A stretch of DNA of 64,000 nt, taken from assembly GCA_026914245.1 (NCBI GenBank), contig CP110439.1, positions 5,394,001 to 5,458,000 on the forward strand. The letters are read 5' to 3'. The DNA is from Puccinia triticina. Its lineage: Eukaryota. The translations under genes were made by a program, and so were the position numbers. How positions within the stretch are numbered: the stretch's first letter is position 1; every line of letters begins with the position of its first letter. Under the pieces are notes generated by a model. That model searched no databases, had not been told where the DNA came from, and saw only the letters and a program-made list of their open reading frames with translations. Shown here in pieces: positions 12,403 to 25,379 of this stretch.

Positions 12403-13220
12403 ATGGTTGTCTGTTTATTATATCTAATGGTAAGTTCTCTTGATTTTCTTACGGTATTGGATCATATTCAACACTAATGCATTGATCTTTAGTTTGTTGG
12501 TAATATTTTACAAGTAGACTCATCAATTGAAGTTGGACACATTTTATGTGTTGGACATTCTGAAGATTTGGCTAGTCAATCCAACATATGTCAGCACCTT
12601 CCAAATCAATTCAACACAAATTTGCCCAAAATAATACCTCCCAATGTCAGTGAAGGCTGTATCAGGATGAGATTGAAGTTTTGGTCCCGGGAGCTGAATT
12701 TTTCTGTCTTTCTATCTGATGAGCTGAGCAGCCCGAGGTACATTTTCTAATTGAAGAAGCCAAACTAGACAGTCAGGAAGCTCTGAAAATCTGCAGTAAC
12801 AAATCAAAAGAGCTCACAAGCTCTAGTGGCGAAGCACATCTTATTGACATTCCAGTTCCTTCCCAAAGAATTCAAGAAGTAGAAAAAGACTGTCCAATTT
12901 GCTTGGAAAAGTGCTTGGATGAAAAAACAGTGCTTCCAGCTTGCCAGCACATATTTTGCACTACTTGCATTGATCCATGGTTGAAGTTAAATTCTTGTTG
13001 CCCAGTTTGCCGCCAGGTGGATCTTACTGCTGAGGCAAGGTTGGTATCAAATGAATCAAATTTTCAAGATGCTGCATTAACTGATCAAGCAGTAGCACAA
13101 AGTGATGAAACATCACCAGCGCAGCAAAGAAGCAACTTATTTGGTCATATTTTTGAGTGTTTTGTATTCACAGTTATTGTGGGTGTGATAATTATTTTTG
13201 TCATCAAATTACACTCGTAA
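12403..13220 (+). pseudogene. RING-HC (C3HC4) finger protein with C-terminal TM helix, probably pseudogenised
   Basis: CPICLE..CQHIFCTTC..CPVCR and a hydrophobic tail. Putative exon 1 MVVCLLYLM with intron 12430-12492. A frameshift and TGA-TGA (~12717-12722) lie upstream of the RING. Confidence 0.7.
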
Positions 13221-14380
13221 GTGTTCTAGCTGGATTTTCCTGCATCATTTCTGTGGCAACGAAATTCCTAACACTATCAAATTTTTCTGACACACCTCTA
13301 TCAACATAAGTGGTCTAAATCCTCCAGGCAGATATTTTGGTTCAAGCAATAGCTATCACTATTATCCTCCTCCCACCAGCACAGGGCCATGATTATTGAA
13401 ATAATTGAGTTTTAACAGCTTCTGGAATTCAATTGCTTCACTTATTTCCCATAATTCTATCTTGTTTCGCCAAGGCAGTTTTGCCACTGCAAATCCCATG
13501 CATAATCATTTGACTCATTCAACCCTGAAATATAGTATTGCAGTGAACAACCTGGAACAGCAGAACACAATGCAGTGAGTTTGTGGAAGGATGAGTTGTT
13601 CATTGCATCTGAGAAGAAAAGAGAAAAAGAAAAAAGAACAATGAGAAAAAGAAAACATACCTGGAACAGCAGAACACAAGGCAGGGAGTTGGTGGAAGAA
13701 TGAGGAATAGCCTTAAACTTCTTCTGCTCCAGATGACTAAAACATGAGATGTCACAGACAGTGAAGTTTACTACACATGTGGTTCAAGGAAAGAATAGAA
13801 AGAAAATCAGGAAACAAAACAAAACACCTTAACCAATAGCATAGTTGTGCAACACAATAAGCATAATTCTTGAATACCAGATTACACTTGCTACCAGTTC
13901 AGCCAGAGTAGACCATATCAATGGTCTAGGTTGGGTTGTATTTCTCATATTAGCCTCAAAACATATGAACATAACTCTTCATGATGTTTCATAGTTTTCC
14001 AGATCTCTGTCAATATAGTTTGGCTTTAACTAATTCTCTTGGTTTTTGGGTTTAAACATTCAAAATTTCTCTCTCAGACTTTCAAAAATAATTCAGAACA
14101 TTTTTCCTGCAAAAATGTTTCATGCAGCACCCCTGGACCCTCCTCTTGAGTGGATTTGACTTCCAAAAGTGATGGTTGCTTGATATTTACGTTTTTTTGC
14201 TCTTTTCTTTTTGCAAGTCTCACAAACTTGGCAATCTCTATTCCCCTTCATACCCACCTCAAACCAAATCCTCAGCGCTAAATGACAGTGGTCATCCAAA
14301 ACAGCCACATAGAATAGTGTAAGCCTGGTAATAATCCCAATAAGGTTCATAAACCTTATTTGGGATTATTACTGCATATA

Positions 14381-14553
14381 GGGTGTTCAAAATCGATTTT
14401 TGAATATCATTTTACATAAAATCATAAGATTTATCAAAGTTTTGAGAGGCGCTTGAAATGAAGAGAACCCTCAACTTTCACCCCATCAAAAGTTTGGACA
14501 TGTAGATCTTATGATTTTATGTAGAAAGTGGTTTGAAAATCAATTTTGAACAC
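14381..14553. mobile_element. Foldback MITE remnant
   Basis: GTGTTCAAAATCGATTT is inverted to AAATCAATTTTGAACAC, and TACATAAAATCATAAGAT to ATCTTATGATTTTATGTA. Confidence 0.55.
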
Positions 14554-15278
14554 AAAAATATGACACTAGGCCCTGCCGAATGGGGCCTAAGATATCAAGC
14601 CACCCGTCCACTCCCAGCATGCCCTCTTGGTCGGAAACATCCCCAAAGATGCCTCCCATAAGGAACTCTGGAAGTTATTCTTTGCCCAGAAACAGCAACA
14701 GGCCCCTCTTCCTAGTGCCAGAGTGTAGTTCAATGAGGTCTTTTCAATTGCAAACAATTAGAAACCAGTAGTAGTAAAACTAACAGAAAAACAGGGTTAA
14801 TAAAGAGCAATAAGACATGAAACATAATGAGTGATTTATTTTACCTAGTTTGTAATGTTAATTTTCAAAACCAGACTAATTGAGCAAAGAATGTGAAATT
14901 TGAAGATAGTAAAATGAGTAAAACATAAGACATGATTTAAATTAAATAGTACCGGAAGCCAATAACAAAACAAGATCCAAGTACCTATCCTCCTCCCCCT
15001 GAGCAATTTCCCATTTTTTGTTCACAGAACCCCAGCCATGGCATATAAAATCTGTTGGATCCGTGCTACATATGTACCATTTAAACTGCATGGATCCACT
15101 TCTGTGAATACCTACGGAGAGGCCTTTTGGCCCGTTGGTCACTTGTCTCAAAATTAAATGGCCTTTGGCTTGTTTACCCATGTGTATGTATGGTGTGGTA
15201 TGCTTTATGGTTACCCATCTAGCCCATTTCAAAATTTCCTTTTTTCTCATATTTAAACTATCAAATCAACCAATATGG

Positions 15279-16697
15279 CGGTGTGGAACTACTCTGAGGG
15301 AAGAATAGCGCTTGAGAGGGATTTGGTGCTTGAAGGGCTGCCTCTCAGGGGAACAAGAAAAAGAATATAAGAGTATGGACTCTTAAGGAAAGGTGTGGCT
15401 ATGGAGATTCTTGAGGTATGTCTAAGGGTTTACTTTCTACTAATCTAATAGCAAGTTAAAGGTAATGTAAAGTCTGTCCAACCTGATATATTTGGCATAG
15501 ACTTATCAAGCTTGTCCACTCTGATTTAATGGCATAAGCTAGGCTAGTGAATGGTGACCAGTGATCTGGATTGCTGGGACAGGATCTGATCAACAGTGGG
15601 CCAGCTACGCTAACCGTAGCGTTAGCGTGGCGTGGCGTAGCGGAATTCCGCTACATTTTAGCGTAGCGTTAGCGGAATTGCGCCTTTCTGCGCTAACGCT
15701 ACGCGCAAGGGGTGCACAGCTAATTTAGCTGTTAGCGTAGCGTTAGCGCAGATGCGCGCAATTGCGCTAACGCTACACACGCAGGGCGCAAAAGAGCGCG
15801 CGCTACGGTGCGCCACAGTGCTTTTAGCTGAAAAAAAGGCCTTTTTTTCCGCTAAAAGCGCTGTAGCGCAGCGTAGCGTAGCGTAGCGTAGTGACTGTAG
15901 CGGCGCGCTAACACTAACAAACAATTGGCGCGCTGTTAGCGCCGCTGAAACGTAGCGCAGCGTAGCGGCGCTAACAGCGCGCTAACGCTACTCAAAATGG
16001 GCGGGCGCTTTTTGCCGCTACGCTAACGCTAAGTGGCCCTGTAGCGTAGTGTAGCATAGCGGCCCACCGTTGATCTGATGGGGAACAAAAGGTAGGGCCA
16101 AAGAGGGCAGACTATATACAAAATATTATGGGGCTGAGTTGTGGTTGGAAGAAAAGATGAAACAGTGAAAATTCTCAATCAAGGGGCTGAGGCTGAAACT
16201 TCTATGGGGATGGAAATTTCTGGAATGAGGCTGAAATGTGGAGAGACAATGAAACATCAGAAGAAAGGGGTTACATGTCATATGAGTGGCTGAAAAGCGA
16301 AGGGCTGAAACCAAAGGGGACAAGGGTTAACCAAGATGGGATCTCCATGGTTATTACATGTGTGGCTAATTCCAAATTGGGGTTGTTATACTGGATTGGG
16401 AAGGGAGGAAAAGATGATAAATGTCAAGGGTCTTTCCTAATAGTCTGGCTCTGCCTGATGAGTGACTTTCTCCCACTTGTGCCTAGCTGGGTGCTTGAGA
16501 AATATTGAGTTGGTGTAGGTGGGTATCCAAAAGGTGGGGAAAAAGGCTGAAGAGAGAATGGGGGGCCTGTTTATGGGTATGAGTTGTCCTTGCCTTGATC
16601 CTTAAGGGAGGTGGGTGCTTGAGTATTCCAGAGAGGGTTATATGGAGGGGAAAAGACTTTGATTTTGGTGCCATATTCAGGATTGGCTTACCACAGC
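15279..16697. repeat. Unclassified dispersed repeat, copy A (interrupted by a MITE)
   Basis: Collinear with 47387-48333 and, more diverged, with 19190-21320. Confidence 0.85.
15591..16072. mobile_element. 482-bp MITE, TIR CAAC(A/G)GTGGGCC, 7-bp TSD ATCTGAT (P-like by ends/TSD)
   Basis: TSD at 15584-15590 and 16073-16079. The empty site is visible in repeat copy C (~47666). Interior is GCGTA/GCTAAC-rich. Confidence 0.9.
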
Positions 16698-16836
16698 GGC
16701 ACCACTGGATTCTACGGCCAAAACTACACAGGACACCATGGACAACACACCTTACACCCCTCTGGATCAGAAGATACAACCCCTTCAAGACACCATCATT
16801 CAGTTACACACACTCAAAAACACCATACTCAGGTCA

Positions 16837-17715
16837 TGTAATCCGTTACATGAACCACACTTAACCCGGACATGTAATATGTTACATGGACCACCCTGAC
16901 AGCTTGTCTACCCTCTACATATACTTTACCTCATCAGCTGTACTTATTACATTGTGCTATGCACATGTCATGCAGTGTTATGCACACTTGATACAGGCTT
17001 ATGCAGTCTTATGAAGGTGCATGCAGACTAGTGTAATAGGGGCTGCAGTCTGACAGTTGACAGATGACACCATGCAGGTGTCAAGATAGCAAAAATTCCT
17101 CATGCAGCTTGCAGATGACATCATTTGACAGGCCAGGCCAGCTGAAACATCTCACCTCCTATTTCTCACTAGCTAAATTCCCTCATATGAAATCATGACC
17201 TCATGTGACCTGTCAACCACCAGCCAAAATACCTCATTTTAGTCTTCAGGGCAGCTAAAACCCCTCATTCTCTTGTTCCCCTGGAGCTAAAATCCCTCAC
17301 TCTTTTCTATTTAAGGAGGCTCTCCTCCCCCCAGTTGTAATTTCTCTCAGCAAACTACTTGCACTCAGCTTACTCCATAACAGTACAATAATTGCTCACT
17401 CTACAGTATTAGCCCTACTCTATATTGTGGTTTTACACCCTTACATATAAATCACAACCTCATTACAACACTTACACATCAGCTAAATCACCATACCCTT
17501 AAGCCACCTGCTCAAAGTAGGCTATCTTTTGGTACACCTCCACTATCACTACATAAACCTTCCAATCATAGATTGGGGGGCTTTTTTTAGTGTTTAGTGA
17601 CCCAGGAAAGGCAGAGGTAACCTCATTCATCCCTCTCCGCACTCAGCAAAAGGTTCTCAGGAACACTTTTGAGCTTTAAAACGTCCTGGGTGCCATTTGC
17701 CATCCCTACCCTACA
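16837..17715 (+). repeat. Possible solo LTR (Gypsy-like)
   Basis: TGTAA...CTACA ends, TATA-like CTATTTAAGG, non-coding. No TSD found. Confidence 0.35.
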
Positions 17716-18036
17716 TGGCTTGATTTGACCCAATGACTAGCCCTGTTTACTTGTTGCTCACACAAGCTGGAGGGCCTGAAGAACCTAAGAATGGATTGCT
17801 TTATATACAAAAAAGACCAGATTTGAAAGAACAAGAGGATTAGAAATGGTGAAATAAAGAAACACAATAGACAAAATAGACAAAATAGGAAAAGAATTCA
17901 TACCCAAGTAGAAGTTTTGAAGTTCTAACAGACAACTAGACAGTAAGGATAGAGAGGAAAATGGAAAGGAAAAGTTTTAGTGACAGAAATGTAGTCCAAT
18001 CAGTGTTGGATGGAATGTCACTAGCCTATTACAAGA

Positions 18037-18654
18037 TGTGCTGGCGGGCGCAGGGAGTTATCTAGAATTTTCTACTAGTTGTGTGTTTTTCTCAGCAAGC
18101 TCAAGTACACATACTCAGAAGCAACCATCAAGAACATACTCAAGAATCAAGATCCAAATCAAGTGAAGTCTACAACTCAAGTTAGTGTTGATACACTGAA
18201 TCAACCAAGTAAGTATCCACTCATATTGCACGTCAAATCTGAAGCTCAGTGTCAACCACTTCATACTTCAAGACTTGTAGGGAGTAATCATTCAGGGGGA
18301 GACGGATAGGTACTTGGTTCATCTTCAAATCACAGATGGTGTTCCTCAACTTATATCTCAGTTTTCTTTTGTTGTCATTTTTCTCTTTCAGTTTATCTAT
18401 CTCAACAGGTCACAATTCTCAAGTAGTCTGTTAAACAAGTTAACACTTTCAACCTAGGTAAAAATTGTTATCAACTTTTTTCATATGATTATTGTTTCTC
18501 ATTGACTGATTGATTTTATCTAGTATTTACTTCTACTGGTTATTAAAGTGTTTGCAATTAAACAAGAACTCAACAAACTACAATCAGAAAGATCCAAGAA
18601 GAAGATCCATGTGTGCACTCCTCACCAAGTTGGGAGTAGGAAAAGACATCCACA
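18037..18654 (+). repeat. Probable solo LTR
   Basis: TGTG...CACA ends with a near-TSD CAAGA/CTAGA. Confidence 0.45.
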
Positions 18655-19463
18655 CTAGATGATATGAGCTCAATGTGAGATGCTGATCAAGAGAGGCAAT
18701 GTTTGATTGAAATAGAAGCTTGAGGGTTGAAGCTTATGAGTTTTTGGAAGAGAAAGGGATAAATTTTGGCGGGAAGTGATCAAGAGGAAGGGGATCAAAG
18801 TTGGTGACTAAAACAGACTGAGTAAGAGGATTGAGAGAAGCAGGCCTGCCCCTTGATCTTGAGCCTGAGATAAATTGATGTGCTGTAGATTCACATTTGA
18901 GGTACTGAAAAAGACACACAGAGTACATTGAGTTTCAACAGGGCCAATCCAAGGTGCCTTTTTGGGTTGCTTTTATGTGTTTTTGGAGATGGGGGGTTTG
19001 TTTATAAAAAAAACATGCCAAAACTTAGATCTCAGTTGCCATGTTTTTGTCAATTTATTGATCCAAGCTTTTAATTGATGTTTGGGTGGGGAGATAGCTT
19101 TTTTATGTCTCCAACAGCAAAATTTGGGGCACAACAAGTATCAAATTGTGCCAATGTTGGGGAGGTCTTCTGGTAAGGCTGTTGTAGCAATACTCTAAGG
19201 TAATAAAGCTGTGAGAGGGATGAATGCTTGAAGGGCTGCCTGTCAGGAAGGGAGAGTAATATGGAACAAGAATAAGAGTATGTAATCTGAAAGAAAAGTG
19301 TGACTGATGAAGTATTGAGAATAGTACTTTCTATACAAAATGATGGGAAAAGGAGTAGATTCAGACTGGTTACTGCTATTCTACTATAAGGTTAATTCTT
19401 ATATATCTAATGATATCTAACTCTAAGCTGTGACCAGAGACAATGAAGATCTGATTGGGAACA

Positions 19464-21045
19464 TGTTGAGGGACACCAGGGACTGAAACTGAGGGGCTAC
19501 CGGTGCTCACGGGCAGGGGGCTTGACAGTGAAGATAAGGATTTGATTCAGTGAGTAAAAGTCTCAATAGTGAGGAACCGGTAGACTGTAGTAATGGGCTG
19601 CTTGGTAGAAGCATACAAGAACTACATACGGGCTTCACCATCTCAACATCCCCCCTTGCTGATAACCAAGCTATATCAGTACTGCTAAATAAATTGAAAG
19701 ATGGAAATTGTACTACTAAAAGTTAAGAAAAACTAATGGTAGTGGAATAACCATTAAGTAGGCTATAGTGTAGCTGTAGCGTACTGAGAAATAGAAAAGA
19801 TTTGATAGCTATCAAGGATCAGTTACTCGTAGATCACGTCGACTTCGTCGTCATCGTCGTAAGAACCTGATTCATAATCGCCCAGCTTGACGACGGTGGC
19901 GGCGCCAGCTTTAGTCTTTCCGAAGTTCTTTGGTTTAGGACACTCGTTGGATCAATGTCCGCGTTTACCGCAGTTCGCGCAGGCGAAACGTTTGGTGTAG
20001 GCGGCAGCGGCAGAGGGTAGGTCATTCGTTTTGTTGCCGTTTAAGCTGACTTCGTGAGCTTCCATCGCTCCAATGACGTCGTCAAGAGACATTTCGTTCG
20101 CAGTGTAGACAATGGCGTCTCGAACGTTGGACCAGGAGGAGTCAAGACCTGCGACTAATTGGTCGGCAATTTGACGGTTGGTAGGTAATTCTTCGACCGT
20201 CAAGAGATCGTCTGCTGCTACTCCTGCTACTCGTACATGGCTGATCCACAGAGCGATTGGCTCGTTTGGGTCGTGGCGAGCATTCCAGAAAGCCTCATGA
20301 AGACGCATGCGACAGGCTCGGGTATTCTTCTCATAAGCGTTGACGATAGTCGAGTAGAGACGAGATGCTGGTTTGACCTTTTGATATCGTTGAGAAAGTG
20401 GGTTGGACAAAGTCAATCGGATGGTGTGGCACGCTAGATCCGACAGCGAGTCCCAGTCGGCGGCTATTTCTTTTGGATTATATCCTTTGGAGAAGTCGGC
20501 CGAACGAATCCCTGAATTGTCGACTTTGGTATCTTCTTTTGGACAAGTGAGAGATCCTTTGACAATGTCAAGAGTATTCTGCATTCCCAGAACACCCTCG
20601 AGTCGATCACGCCATCGAGGGAAGACTGCCTCAGTACCGTCCAAGGTTGCAATTGATGAGAGGATAGACAAAACGTTTTGAACTTGTCGGTAGTTTGACA
20701 TGCTATTCAAGTCAATCAAAGATGTAATCGTGTGATCGGAAATTTGATCGAGTGCTAGCGGCGAGTTGTGATTCTGATTCTGGGAGGATGAAGATGAGGG
20801 TTTGAAGCGATGTTACTGAGCGAGACTAAGAGGGTCTCATAACCTGTTGAGGGACACCAGGGACTGAAACTGAGGGGCTACCGGTGCTCACGGGCAGGGG
20901 GCTTGACAGTGAAGATAAGGATTTGATTCAGTGAGGAAAAGTCTCAATAGTGAGGAACCGGTAGACTGTAGTAATGGGCTGCTTGGTAGAAGCATATCTA
21001 TGTACAAGCATACAAGAACTACATACGGGCTTCACCATCTCAACA
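19464..21045 (-). mobile_element. Gag-only non-autonomous Copia-type LTR retrotransposon (1582 bp)
   Basis: LTRs 19464-19648 and 20845-21045 (TGTTG..CAACA), TSD GAACA, PBS-like GGTTATGAG, PPT AAGGGGGA, no pol. Confidence 0.95.
19823..20701 (-). pseudogene. Copia-type Gag with CCHC zinc knuckle broken by one stop
   Basis: Gag-like body (AGLDSSWSNV..AMEAHE), then CANCGKRGH*SNEC. The frame continues to TAA at 19823-19825. Confidence 0.88.
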
Positions 21046-22342
21046 GAACAAACAGAATGGGCCAAGAGGCTCTACATTTATAGTGAGGGGACAACAGATG
21101 GTTCTGAGGCAGACACAAGGATGAGAAAAACATTGCAAAAGCCTCCAACAAGGGGAAAAGGCAACAAGGCAACAAGGCATCTACTACATGGCTTGGGATG
21201 GCATAAGAGGAAACAATAACCATGGTGCTAAAAGTGTGTATGATCTGAAAGAGAGTTACACCATGGTAATATGAGGAAGGATGGCAACTAGTGGATACTG
21301 TGGGTCTTTCCTAATAGTCTAGCTCTTTTTGGGGTTGGCTTTCTCCCACCTTTGACCTGGTTTTGTTCCTACTTTACTGCCAATTGTGGATGACATTCTT
21401 TGAAGCTGGATACTGAGATGTTGAGGTGCCTTGTAGAGATCATGATAAGTCTGATCCAATTTCTGTGGGCGCTTGGAGTTATAATTGATAGGCTGGAAAG
21501 TGATTTCACTAGGATGCTGTGGATTCCTCTAAGATATACATCTACTTGATGAGGTTTTTATTAGGCTCACAGCACTGTGTCAGGACTCTGTCAAGTCCTT
21601 CACTGAGATTCATTGAAAGGGGCATGAGGAGAAGGCACCAGGCCGGAGAACTTCTATGTTCAACATTTTGGGGACTTTATTCATAGCACCTGCAGAGAAA
21701 AGATTCCTCCATGTTCTCTCTTCAGTATCTACTACGACTAGAATGAGGAGAAGAGGAGAAAGAAGGAAGAAAAAGGCTGACCTAGAAACAGGAGACATGC
21801 CCAGTTTCTCTGCCAGGCTAGTACCCAAAGAAAGGATCTGAATATTTGTACAGTGGAGGGAAAGTATGTGAAAGTGCCTTTGGGATGATTTTGAATTCTG
21901 TGCAGCACGGGGATTTACAGGCTGCTGCAAGGCATTGCTTGGCTCTGCTATGATTAGTGTCCTCCCAGATAATGTCTTAAGTTAAAACTAATCCATTGTG
22001 TCAATAACTCATTTTTTTGCAGCATTCACAGATCCTAAAGTGTGGAAATGCTGCAAAAAAATGAGTTTTTGACATAGTTAATGATTTTTGATTCACTGGC
22101 AATAATTGTTTTTATGGAGCACCAGCACCTGATCAAAGGAATTCAAATGGTGAGCCTGCTAAAGCGGCATACCAGCAATCATTACCTTCTTTCTTGCTTT
22201 CTGAACAAGAATTATTATAAATTTAAAGCACTAAGTCCTTTTGAAAGAGACTTGCCCTGTTTGGCACCAATATAAATATAGGTGATATAATCACCGGTTA
22301 ATTCAATAAAAAATACAAAATTCAACATAAAGACTCCATATT

Positions 22343-24829
22343 CACCAGGGGGGAAAGTGTGGCACTCTCTGGAGAGTGCCAGGCCGTAATTCTGTCAGTC
22401 AAATGGTCTGATGTGAGTCAGATGTGAGTTGCAACTCTTTGTTCAATTTTCTTCCCAACAGATGTGTAACTGTAGGTGAAGTGGTTGCGGGATGATCTGT
22501 AACTCAATTCCAACACATGGAAATATCTTAGTTGAAATTTTCTGTTTGGTTCATATCAAACAAAATCCAGGATGTGAGCTTCAATTCACAACATGTTTTG
22601 CCAAGAATGTAACTATCCTGATGCTCAAAGATATCCTTCACCAAGTGAGAAGGAAGATTTTTCAGGGCTGATTTTTTTCAATCAAAACCCACATAAAATG
22701 ACATAATGAAAGATAGCTGTAAATTATAGCAACCGCAAAGACTCAGCTAACTGGTAGATTAATCCTTGTGGGATATTTCTGCCATGCCTGTTCCCTTCAT
22801 CAATTGCGAGGAAAGTTATGTAAAATTGGATTTCTCTTTTTTCAGTATCACACAGTGTCAAAGCTGGGAAAACCTCTGTAACCTGTCTTCCCTCCCTGTA
22901 TTATGAAATGTGAACAATCAAAGAGGCCTTTTCACCAACCATGTTTACCAAGTGATGGTCCACTTATGCAGGCTAAAGTTTGCCATGCGGTCAGCTGTTC
23001 ATTTGGGTCCATGCAAATTTTGTATGTGAATACACATTGCACAATTTTCCTTTCTTTGACCTCCATCTGACTGAAAAATGCAGCAGCTAGAGGTTAAAAT
23101 TATTAAGCTTCACAGAGGGAAGGGGGCAGATTGGTGGATATCAATAGATGCATCAATATTTTGATGATCCTGGAACCAGCAGGAGAAAGATTTCAATAGC
23201 TGGTCTGAACTCTGAGGTGAAAAGTCAACTCTGAAATGTCCACACACATCTCAGCATGCAGGGTCATACCGTTTGTCTTGTAGATTGATCATCTTCACAC
23301 CTTTTTCCTGACTGTTTTGGGCGATTTTTCCCTCCAGGTAGCATACCTTCATCACACCTACCATTATGTCCGTGGCCATTGTGCAACAAAATGGGGTTGA
23401 TTGCTCTTATCACATGGTAATTATTAGCACCAGGTGTAAGATAAGAATGATGCTCTTTTGACCTGCTGTATCCAGAACAATCAAAATCATCATCATTTTG
23501 TAGTAGCAAAAATGGTTTTCATATGTGTTGCAAATCACCAAAAAAGCTTGTGTTCCAGGAGTTTCAATCTGGGCACAAGTCAACTACGGTGGCAGCGGGG
23601 CAACAGGGATCAGCTCTGTATCCCCGGGTGTCCCCGGGGAGCGTGTTTTTTTTTGTCGCTATGTCCACCGTCATGTTCGGCCAAACATCAGGGTGGACAT
23701 TGGCGAGTTGCTTGTTTACACGGGCTCAATGACCTTTGTTTTCTGGTCATTGAGCTGGGAAAGCCCCAACTCAATGAACAGTACACTAAATACTGTTCAT
23801 TCAGCTTGGCTTTTCCGAGGTTGGTGGACAGTACAGACTGCTCACCAAGCTCAGACAGGCCCAGAACAATGACCAATAGGTGCTGGTCATTGGGCCAGGG
23901 CTTCTCCGACTGGATGGCCAACACAAATTGGCCATCGAGTTCAGAGAGGCCGCGCTTGACAGGCATCATGCCCTGGTCATCGATCTGCAGCCTCTCCGAG
24001 CTCAAATCCGATGACCAGTAGATACTGGTCATCCAGCGAGAAGCCCTGGTCCAATGACCAGCAAATGCTGGTCATCTAGTCAGCCTTTCTGAGCGCGGTA
24101 GGCAGCCTACACTGGCCACTCAGCTTGGAAAAGTGCAGCAGGATGGACAGTACATACTGTCCATCAAGCTGGGACTTTCCCCGCGCTGAGTACAGTACAT
24201 ACAGTCCTTAAAGCTGGGAGAGGCCCGGCTCAATGACCAACATGCAGTACTGGTCACTGCTCTGGGATTTTTCCAGCCTAGTGAACTGTGATCAAGTGGA
24301 GGGTGTCTCCACTCAATGGCCAGTAGAACCAGTCACCGAGTAAGGAACCCCCCCACTCAACAGCCAGTATACACACCAGTACTTGAGTGGAGAATCCCTC
24401 CACTCAATGACATTAAAAACCAGTCATCGAGTGGAGGACATCTCCACTTGGTGGCTGGTAATTTAGATATGGTCATTGAGTGGACACAACCTCCAATCAA
24501 TGGTTGTCCAACAGTCATCAAGTGGAAAGAATCTCCACTCAATGACTTTACAACCCATTCATTGAGTGGAGGGGGTCTCAAATTGATTCCTGAAACACAC
24601 CACTAAGTGTAGAATACCAGGGTGTACCAGGCATCAAGTGGGGGTACCCTCAACTCAATTACCAACATGTTCACCATGGAGTGGATCAAAGATCAGCCTG
24701 AGTTGAACATAAGGTCAACATATTTGAAGCCTAAATCCCACATGCTCACACATTTGACATCAGACAGTCTTCCCAAAGGAACATACGGTCTGGCACTCTC
24801 CAGGGAGTGCCACACTTTCCCCCCTGGTG
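22343..24829. mobile_element. CACCA-ended TIR element, 3-bp TSD ATT (CACTA/CMC-like), inserted in a Harbinger-type MITE
   Basis: ~45-bp TIR CACCAGGGGGGAAAGTGTGGCACTC..CCGTA at both ends. The host MITE (22254-22342) resumes at 24833. Confidence 0.88.
23720..24690. repeat. Degenerate hairpin-unit array (CTCAATGACC..GGTCATTGAG)
   Basis: Roughly twenty diverged palindromic units, related in core motif to 9661-9875. Confidence 0.65.
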
Positions 24830-25124
24830 ATTGTTTGTAGGCAACCTTCAGTACTGGTCTCTTCATATGTGAACTCAGAATCAACTTATCCAGCCATCTT
24901 CAGCAGTACACCTCACAACTTGTGAGGTGTCCAAGGATATGAAGCTGGTTAGGTTTCAGTTGATGATAGAAGCAATACATAAATGGCAAGATTCACAAGT
25001 CCGTTCATCATCATGGAAGACAGATGCCAGACTTTTGGTGTCACAGGGCCGCCATGGGCCCGGCCTGGTGGCAGTAGGAGTTGGATGTGAGCTCTGGGAC
25101 CAAAGCGCCACTGGCTTGTCTGGG

Positions 25125-25379
25125 TCATTGATCAGTCACACGCATGATACGGCCCGGGGCCGCCCATCCGGATGCTGATGTTGCGCAACGGTACCCAAAG
25201 CGTGCTGGGGACATCCCAACGGCACCACAGTTGGCAAGGTGCCGTGATGATGGTATGGGTGCCCCCCTAATGTTGGCGCAATTGCTGGGCAATCCCAAGG
25301 TCTCAGTGACGCATCCGTGGTGTTGACTGCATGTGGCTCGGATGTGGCCCACCACCTTTTCTCGATTTACCCCGCTGTG
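25125..25379. mobile_element. Partial inverted copy of the MITE at 32902-33429
   Basis: Reverse complement of ~32902-33150. Ends CCCCGCTGTG|TA inside the following foldback MITE. Confidence 0.8.
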
